The notes under the pieces were generated by a model. It was not told where the DNA came from and made no database searches. It saw only the letters and a list, made by a program, of their open reading frames with translations. From an uncultured virus (IMG/VR IMGVR_UViG_3300027865_000006) (taxonomy: Duplodnaviria > Heunggongvirae > Uroviricota > Caudoviricetes), in the IMG/VR virus record IMGVR_UViG_3300027865_000006: DNA of 64,000 bases. The stretch is one strand, 5' to 3'. This document shows, piece after piece, positions 27,710 through 37,016 of the stretch. Each line of letters begins with the position of its first letter. Positions within the stretch are counted from its first letter, which is position 1. The position numbers were made by a program, and so were the translations under genes.

Positions 27710-28303
27710 CTAATGAGGGACTTTGCCCGCCCAACGGTTAGTCACTATCGGCGAGTGGCGACCATTGGCGAATGTCGTTTGAATTTCGTACGCACGGTAT
27801 CTATTGAGGTCAGGTTCCCATCCTACGAACGAGCCTGGTTGCGTAGTGTCCAGAGCCAAAACATATGTCGGATTTGCACGAGGTAGCCCTACGAGGGCGT
27901 AGATATGCCAACTCTTGCCATCGCCGGCAACCACTTTCGCGCCAGTAATATACCCAATAGACGAAAGCATCGCACAAACTAAGATGGTGTGATCATCACA
28001 GTCACCACCGCGAGCATTGATAGTGCGTCCAGCGGCAGCGTAGTAGTCGTAATCTCGTGGGTCTTGTTTATAAGCGATGGCGCTTTTAACCCACTTAAAA
28101 ACTCGGAGCACTTCTTCTTTTTCGGCTCCAGCGCCGTGGTCAGAAGTACCACTAACAACGTCACGTAGAACAAAGTCTCTTAACATGTACTGTTGATTAT
28201 CATTATTCCGCTGCGGTTTACGCACAGAGGAATCAATCATCTTGGAGATCAGTTGAACGCGGTCTTGCATGGTATAAACGTGAGGATGTACGATTGGCTC
28301 CAT
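27710..28303 (-). CDS. Transglutaminase-like cysteine protease
   Basis: WVKSAIAYKQD, GDCDDH (Cys), WHIY (His), LDTT (Asp) triad. Confidence 0.85.
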   Translation of the reverse strand: MEPIVHPHVYTMQDRVQLISKMIDSSVRKPQRNNDNQQYMLRDFVLRDVVSGTSDHGAGAEKEEVLRVFKWVKSAIAYKQDPRDYDYYAAAGRTINARGGDCDDHTILVCAMLSSIGYITGAKVVAGDGKSWHIYALVGLPRANPTYVLALDTTQPGSFVGWEPDLNRYRAYEIQTTFANGRHSPIVTNRWAGKVPH

Positions 28304-28368
28304 GTATCTTGTTATGTCATGGATGTAACTATCCTGTAGTACTTAATTTGGGCGATGTAGGTTTAAAC

Positions 28369-28644
28369 CTATAGGAAGTCTGGTTTTTGAGAGGGCCTAA
28401 GCATAGCACTTATTGCGGCGGCAGTGTGGCCCATAGCCAGTAGTGCTCGGAGTTTCGGCCCCAAATCAGGTCGGTATCTTAAAGACATTTCTGCAGCCTC
28501 TAACAAAATCATGCGATATGGGTCTGGAACGGCCTCGCCGCGCTCCCATTTTGACACCGTACTGACATGAATACCCAAAATCTGAGCAAATAGACCCTGG
28601 CTCAGTCCTAGTCTATCACGTATTGATTTTGGATCAAGATTCAT
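28369..28644 (-). CDS. XRE-family HTH protein
   Basis: IRDRLGLSQGLFAQILGIHVSTVSKWERG. Confidence 0.9.
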   Translation of the reverse strand: MNLDPKSIRDRLGLSQGLFAQILGIHVSTVSKWERGEAVPDPYRMILLEAAEMSLRYRPDLGPKLRALLAMGHTAAAISAMLRPSQKPDFL

Positions 28645-30502
28645 CAGCCTCCCCCGACACTATTTTTTCCTCCTCAGTTGTCGGCTGTTCTTCAGTTATA
28701 GCGGGCTCCTCCTCGATTATCTCTGCTGTAGCTTCGACCACAGATTCAACGATTTCGGCGTCTTCAACTTCTTTGTCTTTTTTCTTGCCCTTGAAAGGCT
28801 TGTAACCTGTCTTGGCCCACTTGTTTACATCACCTTCGTTTCGCACATACTCTGCGAAATCATAGATGTTTTCGATAAGAGCTTCACTAGTGGGTATGGT
28901 TGTCCCATCAGGCTTGGCTACAGTCAATTCGTTCATTTCGTAGAACTCAAAGATTTGACCTGTAACTACTTCGGGCGCACCCATCCAAGTTGCGGCAAGC
29001 TGGTTGCCCGACGAAGCGTGGCCATAGAGCCGCGCAGTCGCCTCAGACACGTGATCATTGTTCATCAAACTTGCGATGAGTCTTTGGAATGCTGAATCTC
29101 GCGTGAAACGTTCCAGCTCGTCTTCAGTCAAACCGTCTTGATCGTGGAGTTCCGGTTCGCCTTCTGTGAGTTCTCCGATAGCTTCCGGAGCTTCCAACTG
29201 CGCGGGTTCTGGTGCAGGCATTTCTTGCTGTAGCACAACTTCTTGAACTTCTTCTTCCTCGCCACCGCTCTCACGAGTCAGTGCTGCGACACCGAGATCA
29301 CGCAAGGTATCTAAGCCTTGAAGTACTGCATCTCGAACGGGATGGTCATCACCGCCACCGAGCAAGCCACTTCGCGCAATCTCCATGACCATGTTCATGG
29401 TCGCTTGATTGCTCATCGTGAGCGTGGAGAAGATATTGCTCATCTTCTCATCTTCCCCTGGGCGCTCATTAGCCATTTTCATGACTTCGAGTAACTGACT
29501 CTGCTGCGCTTGCGCTTGAGTCTGCTGACTAGTCATGAGGGGAACCATGAGCTCCAACATCGGATTGCCCTTGGGTTGAGTGTTCTCGACCCGTTGCAAT
29601 TCCATGGTACGTTTGAGCTCTTCTATTTGACGTTCTTGAGCACGGAATCTCTCATCTTGTTGCTGCTGCTGCTTCATCTGCTCAAGTTCTTTTTTGAGTA
29701 GTTGAATTTCAGTGGTCTCGTTGGTGTTCTGTGCGGGTTGGTTTTGATTCTGGAACATTCCCATAATCATCGCCATCATTTGCTGGCTGGACTGCTGTTG
29801 TTGCTGCTGCATTTGCTGTTGCATTTGCATTGTTTGCTGTTGTTGCTGCTGCTGTTGCGCTACTAGCTTATCCGCTGAATTCTCTTGAGCGCGCAGAGCC
29901 TCAGTAGACTGCTTTGTCATATAAGCAGCCAAATTTTCTATTTGAAAAGCATCTTTTGAATTGCCCTTGTTAACTTGACTACTTCCACCAGCAAGCGGAT
30001 TGACGGGACCACCATACCCCGCCATACCCCCAGCTCCGGGGATGGGCACGCCAAATCCTGGGATTGCTCCTCCTGAATTGAAGACCGATAAGTCATGTAG
30101 CTCCTTTGAACGGGGCATTTGCCTCGGTGGAGCACCACTGACGTTCAATGGTCCTACTCGTTGAGGTTCCCCACTGCCTGGTGGCACAATAGTAATCATA
30201 TATTGACCACCGCCACCTTCTACGAGGCAAAGAGTATCTAACCCTCCCCCGGCCTCGATTTCTTTGAGATCTTGACCTTCAAGTACTACGAAGAGATCTT
30301 CCCGCCCGTTAGCCCCTTTGCGGTACATCTTGATTGTGGCTTTTGAGTATTGATCTCGAAGTCGACGTAGCAGTATGGTATTTTCATCCCCACCCGCAGC
30401 CGCTACGTTCACAGCACTTTTGACAGCATCCCCGATGTCTCTGGTCATATTCGTAACTGTATCAGCCAAAGCATCTTCGACCTTTTTCTTGCCCTTTGCC
30501 AT
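28634..30502 (-). CDS. Large Gln/Met-rich coiled-coil protein
   Basis: Poly-Q tracts, coiled-coil core, acidic tail. Confidence 0.7.
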   Translation of the reverse strand: MAKGKKKVEDALADTVTNMTRDIGDAVKSAVNVAAAGGDENTILLRRLRDQYSKATIKMYRKGANGREDLFVVLEGQDLKEIEAGGGLDTLCLVEGGGGQYMITIVPPGSGEPQRVGPLNVSGAPPRQMPRSKELHDLSVFNSGGAIPGFGVPIPGAGGMAGYGGPVNPLAGGSSQVNKGNSKDAFQIENLAAYMTKQSTEALRAQENSADKLVAQQQQQQQQTMQMQQQMQQQQQQSSQQMMAMIMGMFQNQNQPAQNTNETTEIQLLKKELEQMKQQQQQDERFRAQERQIEELKRTMELQRVENTQPKGNPMLELMVPLMTSQQTQAQAQQSQLLEVMKMANERPGEDEKMSNIFSTLTMSNQATMNMVMEIARSGLLGGGDDHPVRDAVLQGLDTLRDLGVAALTRESGGEEEEVQEVVLQQEMPAPEPAQLEAPEAIGELTEGEPELHDQDGLTEDELERFTRDSAFQRLIASLMNNDHVSEATARLYGHASSGNQLAATWMGAPEVVTGQIFEFYEMNELTVAKPDGTTIPTSEALIENIYDFAEYVRNEGDVNKWAKTGYKPFKGKKKDKEVEDAEIVESVVEATAEIIEEEPAITEEQPTTEEEKIVSGEADES

Positions 30503-30862
30503 TTATTGATCTCCCTTGAAAATTTCTTCGAAATCTTCGTTTGCAGCTACGCCATCTCCTCCGATGACATGCTGAATAATTGCAGTTAAACCACAAGCAG
30601 TGAAAGCTAGTTGAATTGCTCCCGCCCAGGAACCACCTACTAAAAATCCAATAGCTAGACCAGTCCACCAAGCATTACAGGACGGGCACCTCATTATCAT
30701 CGAAAAGTATTTCGTCGGTCGACTCCATGACAGAGATAGCCACGACAATGCCCGCAACCAGTACCCAATTTCTGAACCTGTAATCACATAGCTCATCCCA
30801 AATGCCAGGAGGCAATAGCAAGCTACCTCCGAAAGATTGAACAACTCCATAGTCATCATCAC
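30503..30862 (-). CDS. Membrane protein with CxxC..W motif (DUF1360-like)
   Basis: Hydrophobic helices around CPSCNAWWTG. Confidence 0.55.
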   Translation of the reverse strand: MMMTMELFNLSEVACYCLLAFGMSYVITGSEIGYWLRALSWLSLSWSRPTKYFSMIMRCPSCNAWWTGLAIGFLVGGSWAGAIQLAFTACGLTAIIQHVIGGDGVAANEDFEEIFKGDQ

Positions 30863-31350
30863 CCCTCGTAATTTCGTCGCTTACCCACATAGTGAATCCT
30901 TGACGTTGCTACTTCCCCTGGATGGCTCTTCTCTTTAAACCAAGGGCACTCTACAGGTTGATCTCGGTGATCATGATCCAGACTCGAATTCAAGAATTGA
31001 GACGGAATAGTGATTGGCGCGTAAAAATGAGCCATATGGCCATCCCACTCATGACATGCTCCATAAAGATCAGGACGCCCGTACCAAGCTGGATCATGCT
31101 GCAGCGAGTCGAAAGCCATCAAAAAGACTTTCTGCTGACTAACAAACTCCTCTTGACCCATGCGCAAATCAAAATGCCGACAGTGCCCGCAAATGTGGAG
31201 CTTGTTGATACGCTTGAGCACTGCCTCTTGAGTGGCTTCGTCCGGTACCACGATCCGAGCTTCGGTTGCGTAGGGGTTTTTGGCCCTCTCTTCCTCAGTA
31301 ACCACGTCTGTGATTGCACCCCCTGAAAGACTCTTGACGGTATCATTCAT
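30859..31350 (-). CDS. Cys-rich putative metal-binding protein
   Basis: CGHCRHF...GAC...ECPWF. Confidence 0.6.
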   Translation of the reverse strand: MNDTVKSLSGGAITDVVTEEERAKNPYATEARIVVPDEATQEAVLKRINKLHICGHCRHFDLRMGQEEFVSQQKVFLMAFDSLQHDPAWYGRPDLYGACHEWDGHMAHFYAPITIPSQFLNSSLDHDHRDQPVECPWFKEKSHPGEVATSRIHYVGKRRNYEG

Positions 31351-31376
31351 AATTGCTACCCTTCGCCAGCCAGGGG

Positions 31377-31970
31377 CTATATTGACTTTACAACTAGGTC
31401 GTCACACCCCGGGGAATTCTCTGCTGAGAGCTCCTCATTCTTAGGGCAGTAACCGACGTTACCCTTGGTAATCATGGGTTTCCCGTGCATGACGCTCATG
31501 GCTTCGCAAATCTCGCGAACCATCTTCCCTTCGCCATTGCTGTACACATGAGTCACTTTCTCAAGCTCCTCGACTCCAACTTCCTTATTCCACAAGCTAC
31601 AATCGCCGCACTTTCGATTGTCCTTTCGAGCTGGTCGCACGTTGAGTTCAGGAAATATCAAGTTCACCGTGACTGTGATTCCTTCAAACAGCTTTTTCTT
31701 GCGCTCTTTGTGAGAATCGTCGGGGGAAATTTCTATGCCCTCGAGCATGATTGGCATGTTGGTGAAGACCTGTTTCCCATCCATCGTAGGGAAACATGTT
31801 TCGATGTCGGTCTCCGGATCCGTTGCTGGTGTAAATGCCAGTGTGACTGGAATTTGCTCAACCGTAACGTCTACCGATTCGGCACCTTCTTCGAGTGAAT
31901 GTTGACAGATTGTTAACCCTTCTTTTTTGAAACTGTATACGACAATGATTTTGTCCGGTGTAGGTTTCAA
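31377..31970 (-). CDS. Cys-rich putative metal-binding protein
   Basis: CGDCSLW...GYC...GC, same spacing style as the neighbour. Confidence 0.55.
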   Translation of the reverse strand: MKPTPDKIIVVYSFKKEGLTICQHSLEEGAESVDVTVEQIPVTLAFTPATDPETDIETCFPTMDGKQVFTNMPIMLEGIEISPDDSHKERKKKLFEGITVTVNLIFPELNVRPARKDNRKCGDCSLWNKEVGVEELEKVTHVYSNGEGKMVREICEAMSVMHGKPMITKGNVGYCPKNEELSAENSPGCDDLVVKSI

Positions 31971-33154
31971 CTTACATGCCCTTTCTGTAAAACAGCGTTA
32001 TTGCTGCACTATCCCCGCAAATATTTTTTGGCTGATGTAGTTCCAAACTTACCTCACCTAAACGCATTTTTAACGATTTGGCAACATCAAATTTGACGAA
32101 CTGTCAAGGTGTCACTTTAACACTAATTCCGGGTAATCGAGGTTCAGTCCAGGTGTAATGGCACAAAGTGTGCCTATTTTGGCTCAATCTGAGTCACGGT
32201 TTGACACAGTGGCACGCTCGAATCTGAGCCCCTCTCAGAGCCGTTCTGAGCTCCCAACACGAACCAACCCCCCAAGTACCCCCCCTAGACCCCCTCAGAA
32301 TTGCTCCCAGCTCTTGTGAGTTGAATCTCAGTCTCCCGTCTTAGACCCCATGGTTCTACCTCGTGAGGGACTAGTTCTATATCGTACTTATAAGACTGGC
32401 TGAAAATTACCTTTTGTTATGATTTGCCCTAAAAGCCCCAAAGATGGAAAATGTTGATAAGATTAAATGTCCAGTTGTCCGGAACAATAAGTAGCGGACA
32501 CGAATGTCAATATGCAGTAGTCATAGTGCGGCTGTCCGGCTGTCCGGTACTTATATATTAAAACCCCCCATGTGTGCGTGTTTAATTTTACATATGTCTT
32601 ATATATAATATAAAGGCGAGGCCCCCTAAAAGCTCCCGGCAGGGGTAGGGGGTACCCCCCTGTATATTTTCTCACTTTCTTACTTTCCCCCCTATGCTAA
32701 GGAGATCTCGAATTTTAAGGAAAAGTCCTGGGACAAAATCGGGAAACCCCCGGCAGTTGGGTATGTCCTTAATACTGAAAGTTGTAATTTTCACTGAAAA
32801 AAGCTGTGCGGGCAAAGGACAGGATTTGCACCATAAAATACCTAAGTTACTGTAATACCTCATAATCGGAAATTAGCATGCAAAAAACAGGTGTAAAAAC
32901 GTACTCCGATATACACACCTTTTGTGACCGTCTTCAACAAAAAAACACCGAAAATTACCCTTGATTTATGCACACCTGTGTAAAGGTTATGCAGTATTAC
33001 AAATAATTCAGTACGCTGTATCGCGAAAGCATAGGCGAACTATCGTAAAAATGAAGTAAAAAAATGGGTTGTTTTGGAGTGTTAAAAAAAAAGCAAAAAA
33101 CGTGAAAAATTTTGAGGTAAGTTTCTGTAAGTTTTATACTACGCTATCCCACCC
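31971..33154. other. Long non-coding AT-rich region (candidate origin or control region)
   Basis: No credible ORF over 1.2 kb; homopolymer runs, TATATA tracts, palindromes. Confidence 0.45.
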
Positions 33155-34693
33155 CTAAACACGGTTTTCCATATTTTCCTTCTTGGTTTTTTCAAGGGCT
33201 CTTAGCTCACGTTTGCGTAATTTTTCCTTCTCCCTTCGAATATCTTTTAGTTCTTTCTCAGCCTCGTAAAGGCGCTGTATCACCTTAGCTTTGTGTTCTG
33301 GCGTGTAGTACAAATTTGATGCTCGACCCATTAACTGCGGCAATACCTTGTGTTTCACTAATTGAGCTTTTTCCAGAGTTCGAACTTCTTTGGCGATCAG
33401 TGATCTACTCGGAGCGTCATCTAGCTTTAGTAGCAGATCGTTGATTGTAATACCGCGTTTAGCTTCAGTGATGAGTCTAAGAAGCGCCTCTTCCCTGGTA
33501 CCGTTACGGTCAAGTTTGGTGTGTTCGAAAAGGTCCATGAGGCGCGGATTGATGAGGTCTAGCAGGCTGATTGCGGCTTCGGCATGGTGCTTTTCGACTG
33601 ATATGGCCCTTTTAGGCGTTTCCCCCGGGGCCAGCTCCCCGAGAGCCAGTATTGCCGCAATACGCATAACCGTAGTGTAAGAACGCTTCAAGTAAGCGTA
33701 GAAGGCTCCACTCACTTCGCCACGCAAAGGATCAATGCGTTCACGTACCCAAGAAGATATTTCGTAGTTCACGTCAAAAGGCACAATAATATTAAGGCCC
33801 TTGCCACTTCTGCCGAGAAAGAATTTTTTGAGTTGTTTGCTTAGTCGACGTTCTTCAGTGGGATCGGTGTCGAAAGAAGTTATCTCGGTGGCTAGAATAT
33901 CCAGGAAGCCTGGCCAGTACGTGAATCGAGGTAGCAAGCCCGTATCCCAGTCATCGATGGAGGTTTGCTTTGCGAAGACTCGTGGCGGGATACAGCCGAG
34001 AATCATCTTGATCGGCTTCTCTACTGTGACTTGGTAAGCCTCGACTGGCCCTTCTTCTTCATCATTGTTCTTTTTGGAAGTGTCTTTCACTTTGCGACGT
34101 TTCAACGAGGTGTGTTCGTAAATCAGGAGCAGTGTGCTCTTCATGTGCTCCAGGTGGGCTCGACGTGACTGAGTGAGCAGGGTTGACAGCTCGTCGCGAA
34201 ACGTGAATACTGGCCCGTGTTCGGCCATGTGTTCGGTCAACGCTTCCGGTGAGGCAAAATCTGGTGCTTCTCCGTATTCTAGGTCTGTCCCTTTTATTGC
34301 TTCTTTCAGGATACGAGCGCCGAAGTCCATCGCAGTGGACTTTCGGTCGCCCGATTCCCCTATGATGGCGCTCCACATAACTGGAACGATATGATGCTTT
34401 CTATTACCAGCCTTCTCAATAATTTTACCATGTTCGTCACGACTAAAACCTCTTACCACTATTTCGCAATTAGCTAGAGCGTAAGAGACTATGTTAAGCA
34501 CCGTAGCAACATGATAGATAGTCGGAGTAATTCCGCATTCTGTAGCATAGTCTAGATACTCTTTAATAAATCCCCCATCAATCCATTCATCAATCCATTC
34601 TATCACGTCGCTATCAGGAGTTGCCCACGTAGGGGCTTTCGAAGTGCTCTTAGCATGACCCCCAAAATAGGTCTCTTCATTCTTATTCATCAT
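33155..34693 (-). CDS. DUF3987/YfjI-like P-loop helicase with C-terminal winged helix
   Basis: WSAIIGESGDRKSTAM, SPEAL, FRDEL, TGLLPRF motifs. Confidence 0.75.
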   Translation of the reverse strand: MMNKNEETYFGGHAKSTSKAPTWATPDSDVIEWIDEWIDGGFIKEYLDYATECGITPTIYHVATVLNIVSYALANCEIVVRGFSRDEHGKIIEKAGNRKHHIVPVMWSAIIGESGDRKSTAMDFGARILKEAIKGTDLEYGEAPDFASPEALTEHMAEHGPVFTFRDELSTLLTQSRRAHLEHMKSTLLLIYEHTSLKRRKVKDTSKKNNDEEEGPVEAYQVTVEKPIKMILGCIPPRVFAKQTSIDDWDTGLLPRFTYWPGFLDILATEITSFDTDPTEERRLSKQLKKFFLGRSGKGLNIIVPFDVNYEISSWVRERIDPLRGEVSGAFYAYLKRSYTTVMRIAAILALGELAPGETPKRAISVEKHHAEAAISLLDLINPRLMDLFEHTKLDRNGTREEALLRLITEAKRGITINDLLLKLDDAPSRSLIAKEVRTLEKAQLVKHKVLPQLMGRASNLYYTPEHKAKVIQRLYEAEKELKDIRREKEKLRKRELRALEKTKKENMENRV

Positions 34694-34735
34694 TGTTGTC
34701 CCGTTTCCTTTTCACTAAAGTTAAAATGAGCGCGA

Positions 34736-34765
34736 ACTGTAAGACACAATTTTCACCCCTGTCAA
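34736..34765 (-). promoter_or_regulatory. Sigma70-like promoter for the helicase gene
   Basis: Minus strand TTGACA-N18-TACAGT. Confidence 0.5.
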
Positions 34766-34884
34766 CATTTTACACCCCTAATTCCGTTTGAATAAAAAAT
34801 TGACCTCATCATTTTACGCTTGCTCTCCAGGCCGAACCTAGTTAGAGTAGCCCCCGGTCAAAATTACACATGTAGGAGGGTAAT

Positions 34885-35439
34885 ATGGGGCGTTTTAATA
34901 TCGTGATAGAAGGCGTGGACGGTACCGGGAAAAGCACTCTAGCTGAAGAGTTGAAACTAGCACTCCCGCATACACGGTTATTGACTGGTAGCCGTGACAA
35001 GCCCGATAACAGGCAAGAATTATTAATGGCGCTGGCGCACGCTCGTAGCGTGGCCGATATGACTAGGGTTAACATCTTCGGTAGGCACCCTGCAATCACT
35101 GAAGCCTGCTACCGAGATCAAGGTGGACTTGCTCTTGTGGAAGTAGAAAAAGAGCTCGAAGAATGTCAAATTGATCTGCTTATTTGGGCGTCCCGTCCGT
35201 TGCGAGATCTTGAAATAAAAGTACGGGACAACGACCCTCGAGACGTGACTTACAATCAAAACCTTAAAGCTCGTTTGCCTGCAATTATAAGTAATTACGA
35301 AGCTCTCATGTCAGTTCTCCAAGACTTTATGTTAAGGCGCGGAAAAGCGTTCGAAGTTTTCACTGGGCGGGACAATAAGTTCCTGTACGAATTATTTATA
35401 AATAAAGTTGCACTCATGGCGGGACAACACACTAAATGA
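34885..35439 (+). CDS. Thymidylate-kinase-like nucleotide kinase
   Basis: IVIEGVDGTGKSTLA P-loop; GRHPAITEACY. Confidence 0.7.
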   Translation: MGRFNIVIEGVDGTGKSTLAEELKLALPHTRLLTGSRDKPDNRQELLMALAHARSVADMTRVNIFGRHPAITEACYRDQGGLALVEVEKELEECQIDLLIWASRPLRDLEIKVRDNDPRDVTYNQNLKARLPAIISNYEALMSVLQDFMLRRGKAFEVFTGRDNKFLYELFINKVALMAGQHTK

Positions 35440-37016
35440 GGTTAGTAACCTCAAACGGCTGGTATTCCGCTCGAGATGATGAACTCGATCTTGTTGTAGA
35501 GTACCTCCAAGATGTTCCTGGCGTCATTCATCGCGCTAAGAGCATTGATTTGCATATTACCCACCTTCCCCTGCTCCCCCCTGAACTCCAGCCAGACCGT
35601 TCGTGCATTCCGAGGGATATCCACTTTCAGCCTCCGTTCGAGCTACGTGAGTATCAGCAAGAGGCTATCGACTTCGGTTTGCTCCGGGGAGCAGTTCTTT
35701 TTCTTCATGACCTGGGGATGGGGAAAACGGTTATGGCCCTCTCCATGGTTCAGGCTCCGAGTCTCGCAGTGGTCCCCACGTCCGCGGTATACGGCTGGGA
35801 ATCCGCGGCAAAAGCGATGGGTATGAAGACTCAAATACTTCATGGGAAGTACCAGCGCGGCTATCTGGACCACGACGTTGACCTCTACATCACTACCTAC
35901 GGATCCGCGGGGAATTGGATTCCGATGTTCAAGGCGGTGAACAACGGCCCCGAGCTTTTCGCGATGATTGCTGACGAAGTGCACCTCATGCACAAGAAAC
36001 CGCTCAAGTGGACCCAGGCTTGGACTGGCACACGTTGCCAATTCCGTTGTGCGCTCACCGCCACCCCCATACGCAACCGCTTGCCCTCTCTATGGGGAGT
36101 TTTGAATGCAGTGCAACCCAAGGCGTGGGGCACTAAGATGCAGTTCCTGGAGCGGTATGCTGACGCTTTTAGGGGTCCATACGGTTTAGAATGCGGATCG
36201 CCAACCAATGTTAACGAATTGGCAACTCGCCTTAACGAAGTGGCAATTCGCCGTATGTGGTCTGAGCCTGGGATGGACATCTACCGGCCTCGCCTCGTAC
36301 GTGAGCGCATTGAGGTACCCATAGCTGCAAAGCGCCGAGTGCAGAGCTTGGATAGGGCTACACGGCGCGCCCTGGAGAAGCAGCGACTTGGAGCCAATAC
36401 ACTGCGCCGATTGACCGAGCAGCGCAAAGAGACCGGCCTCCTCAAAGTGCAGTGGGCCTTTAAGTCAGGCTGGGCCGAAAAGGAAGCCAATGACCGAATT
36501 CGTTCAATTTGGTGGTGTTGGTTCAAGGAGCAGGCTCACGCGCTCTACGGAGCCGCCAAAGAGTGGGGCATACCCGCTGACATGATTACGGGTGATAGCC
36601 TGTCAAAGCAGCGCGCAACCATCCTCGAGGAGTGGGAGCACGGAGACATCGAGCAGCCTCGTATGTTGGTGGCCACACAGGGAGCACTCAACTTTGCTGT
36701 GAATCTGACAACTGCCTATTCCGCTATCTTCGTGGAATATGATTGGGCACCTGTGAGCTTGGTGCAATCGGAGAAGCGCCACCACAGGCCAGGGAATCCT
36801 CTTGAGGAAGTAACCGCGTCCTACTTGGTTATTCCGGGTACGACCGACGATGATATAGCCGAAGCACTTTACGAGAAGATTGAGGAAGAGGAGCTCGTGT
36901 TCGGAGCCTCGGGGGGTCTTGAGCAAGTGGGGCAACTTACCAAGCATGGAGTAGTAACTAGCAGCTCTGACGCGCTCGAGGAGCTAGCGCGGAGCATTTG
37001 CGGAAAGCGAGAATAA
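35436..37016 (+). CDS. SNF2-like SF2 helicase
   Basis: LREYQ, HDLGMGKT, DEVH, LTATP, QSEKRHHRPG. Confidence 0.9.
   Translation: MRLVTSNGWYSARDDELDLVVEYLQDVPGVIHRAKSIDLHITHLPLLPPELQPDRSCIPRDIHFQPPFELREYQQEAIDFGLLRGAVLFLHDLGMGKTVMALSMVQAPSLAVVPTSAVYGWESAAKAMGMKTQILHGKYQRGYLDHDVDLYITTYGSAGNWIPMFKAVNNGPELFAMIADEVHLMHKKPLKWTQAWTGTRCQFRCALTATPIRNRLPSLWGVLNAVQPKAWGTKMQFLERYADAFRGPYGLECGSPTNVNELATRLNEVAIRRMWSEPGMDIYRPRLVRERIEVPIAAKRRVQSLDRATRRALEKQRLGANTLRRLTEQRKETGLLKVQWAFKSGWAEKEANDRIRSIWWCWFKEQAHALYGAAKEWGIPADMITGDSLSKQRATILEEWEHGDIEQPRMLVATQGALNFAVNLTTAYSAIFVEYDWAPVSLVQSEKRHHRPGNPLEEVTASYLVIPGTTDDDIAEALYEKIEEEELVFGASGGLEQVGQLTKHGVVTSSSDALEELARSICGKRE

Noticed and set aside
32463..32863. Two short minus-strand ORFs in the non-coding region
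   Set aside because: Low-complexity AT-rich DNA, no RBS, no protein-like features
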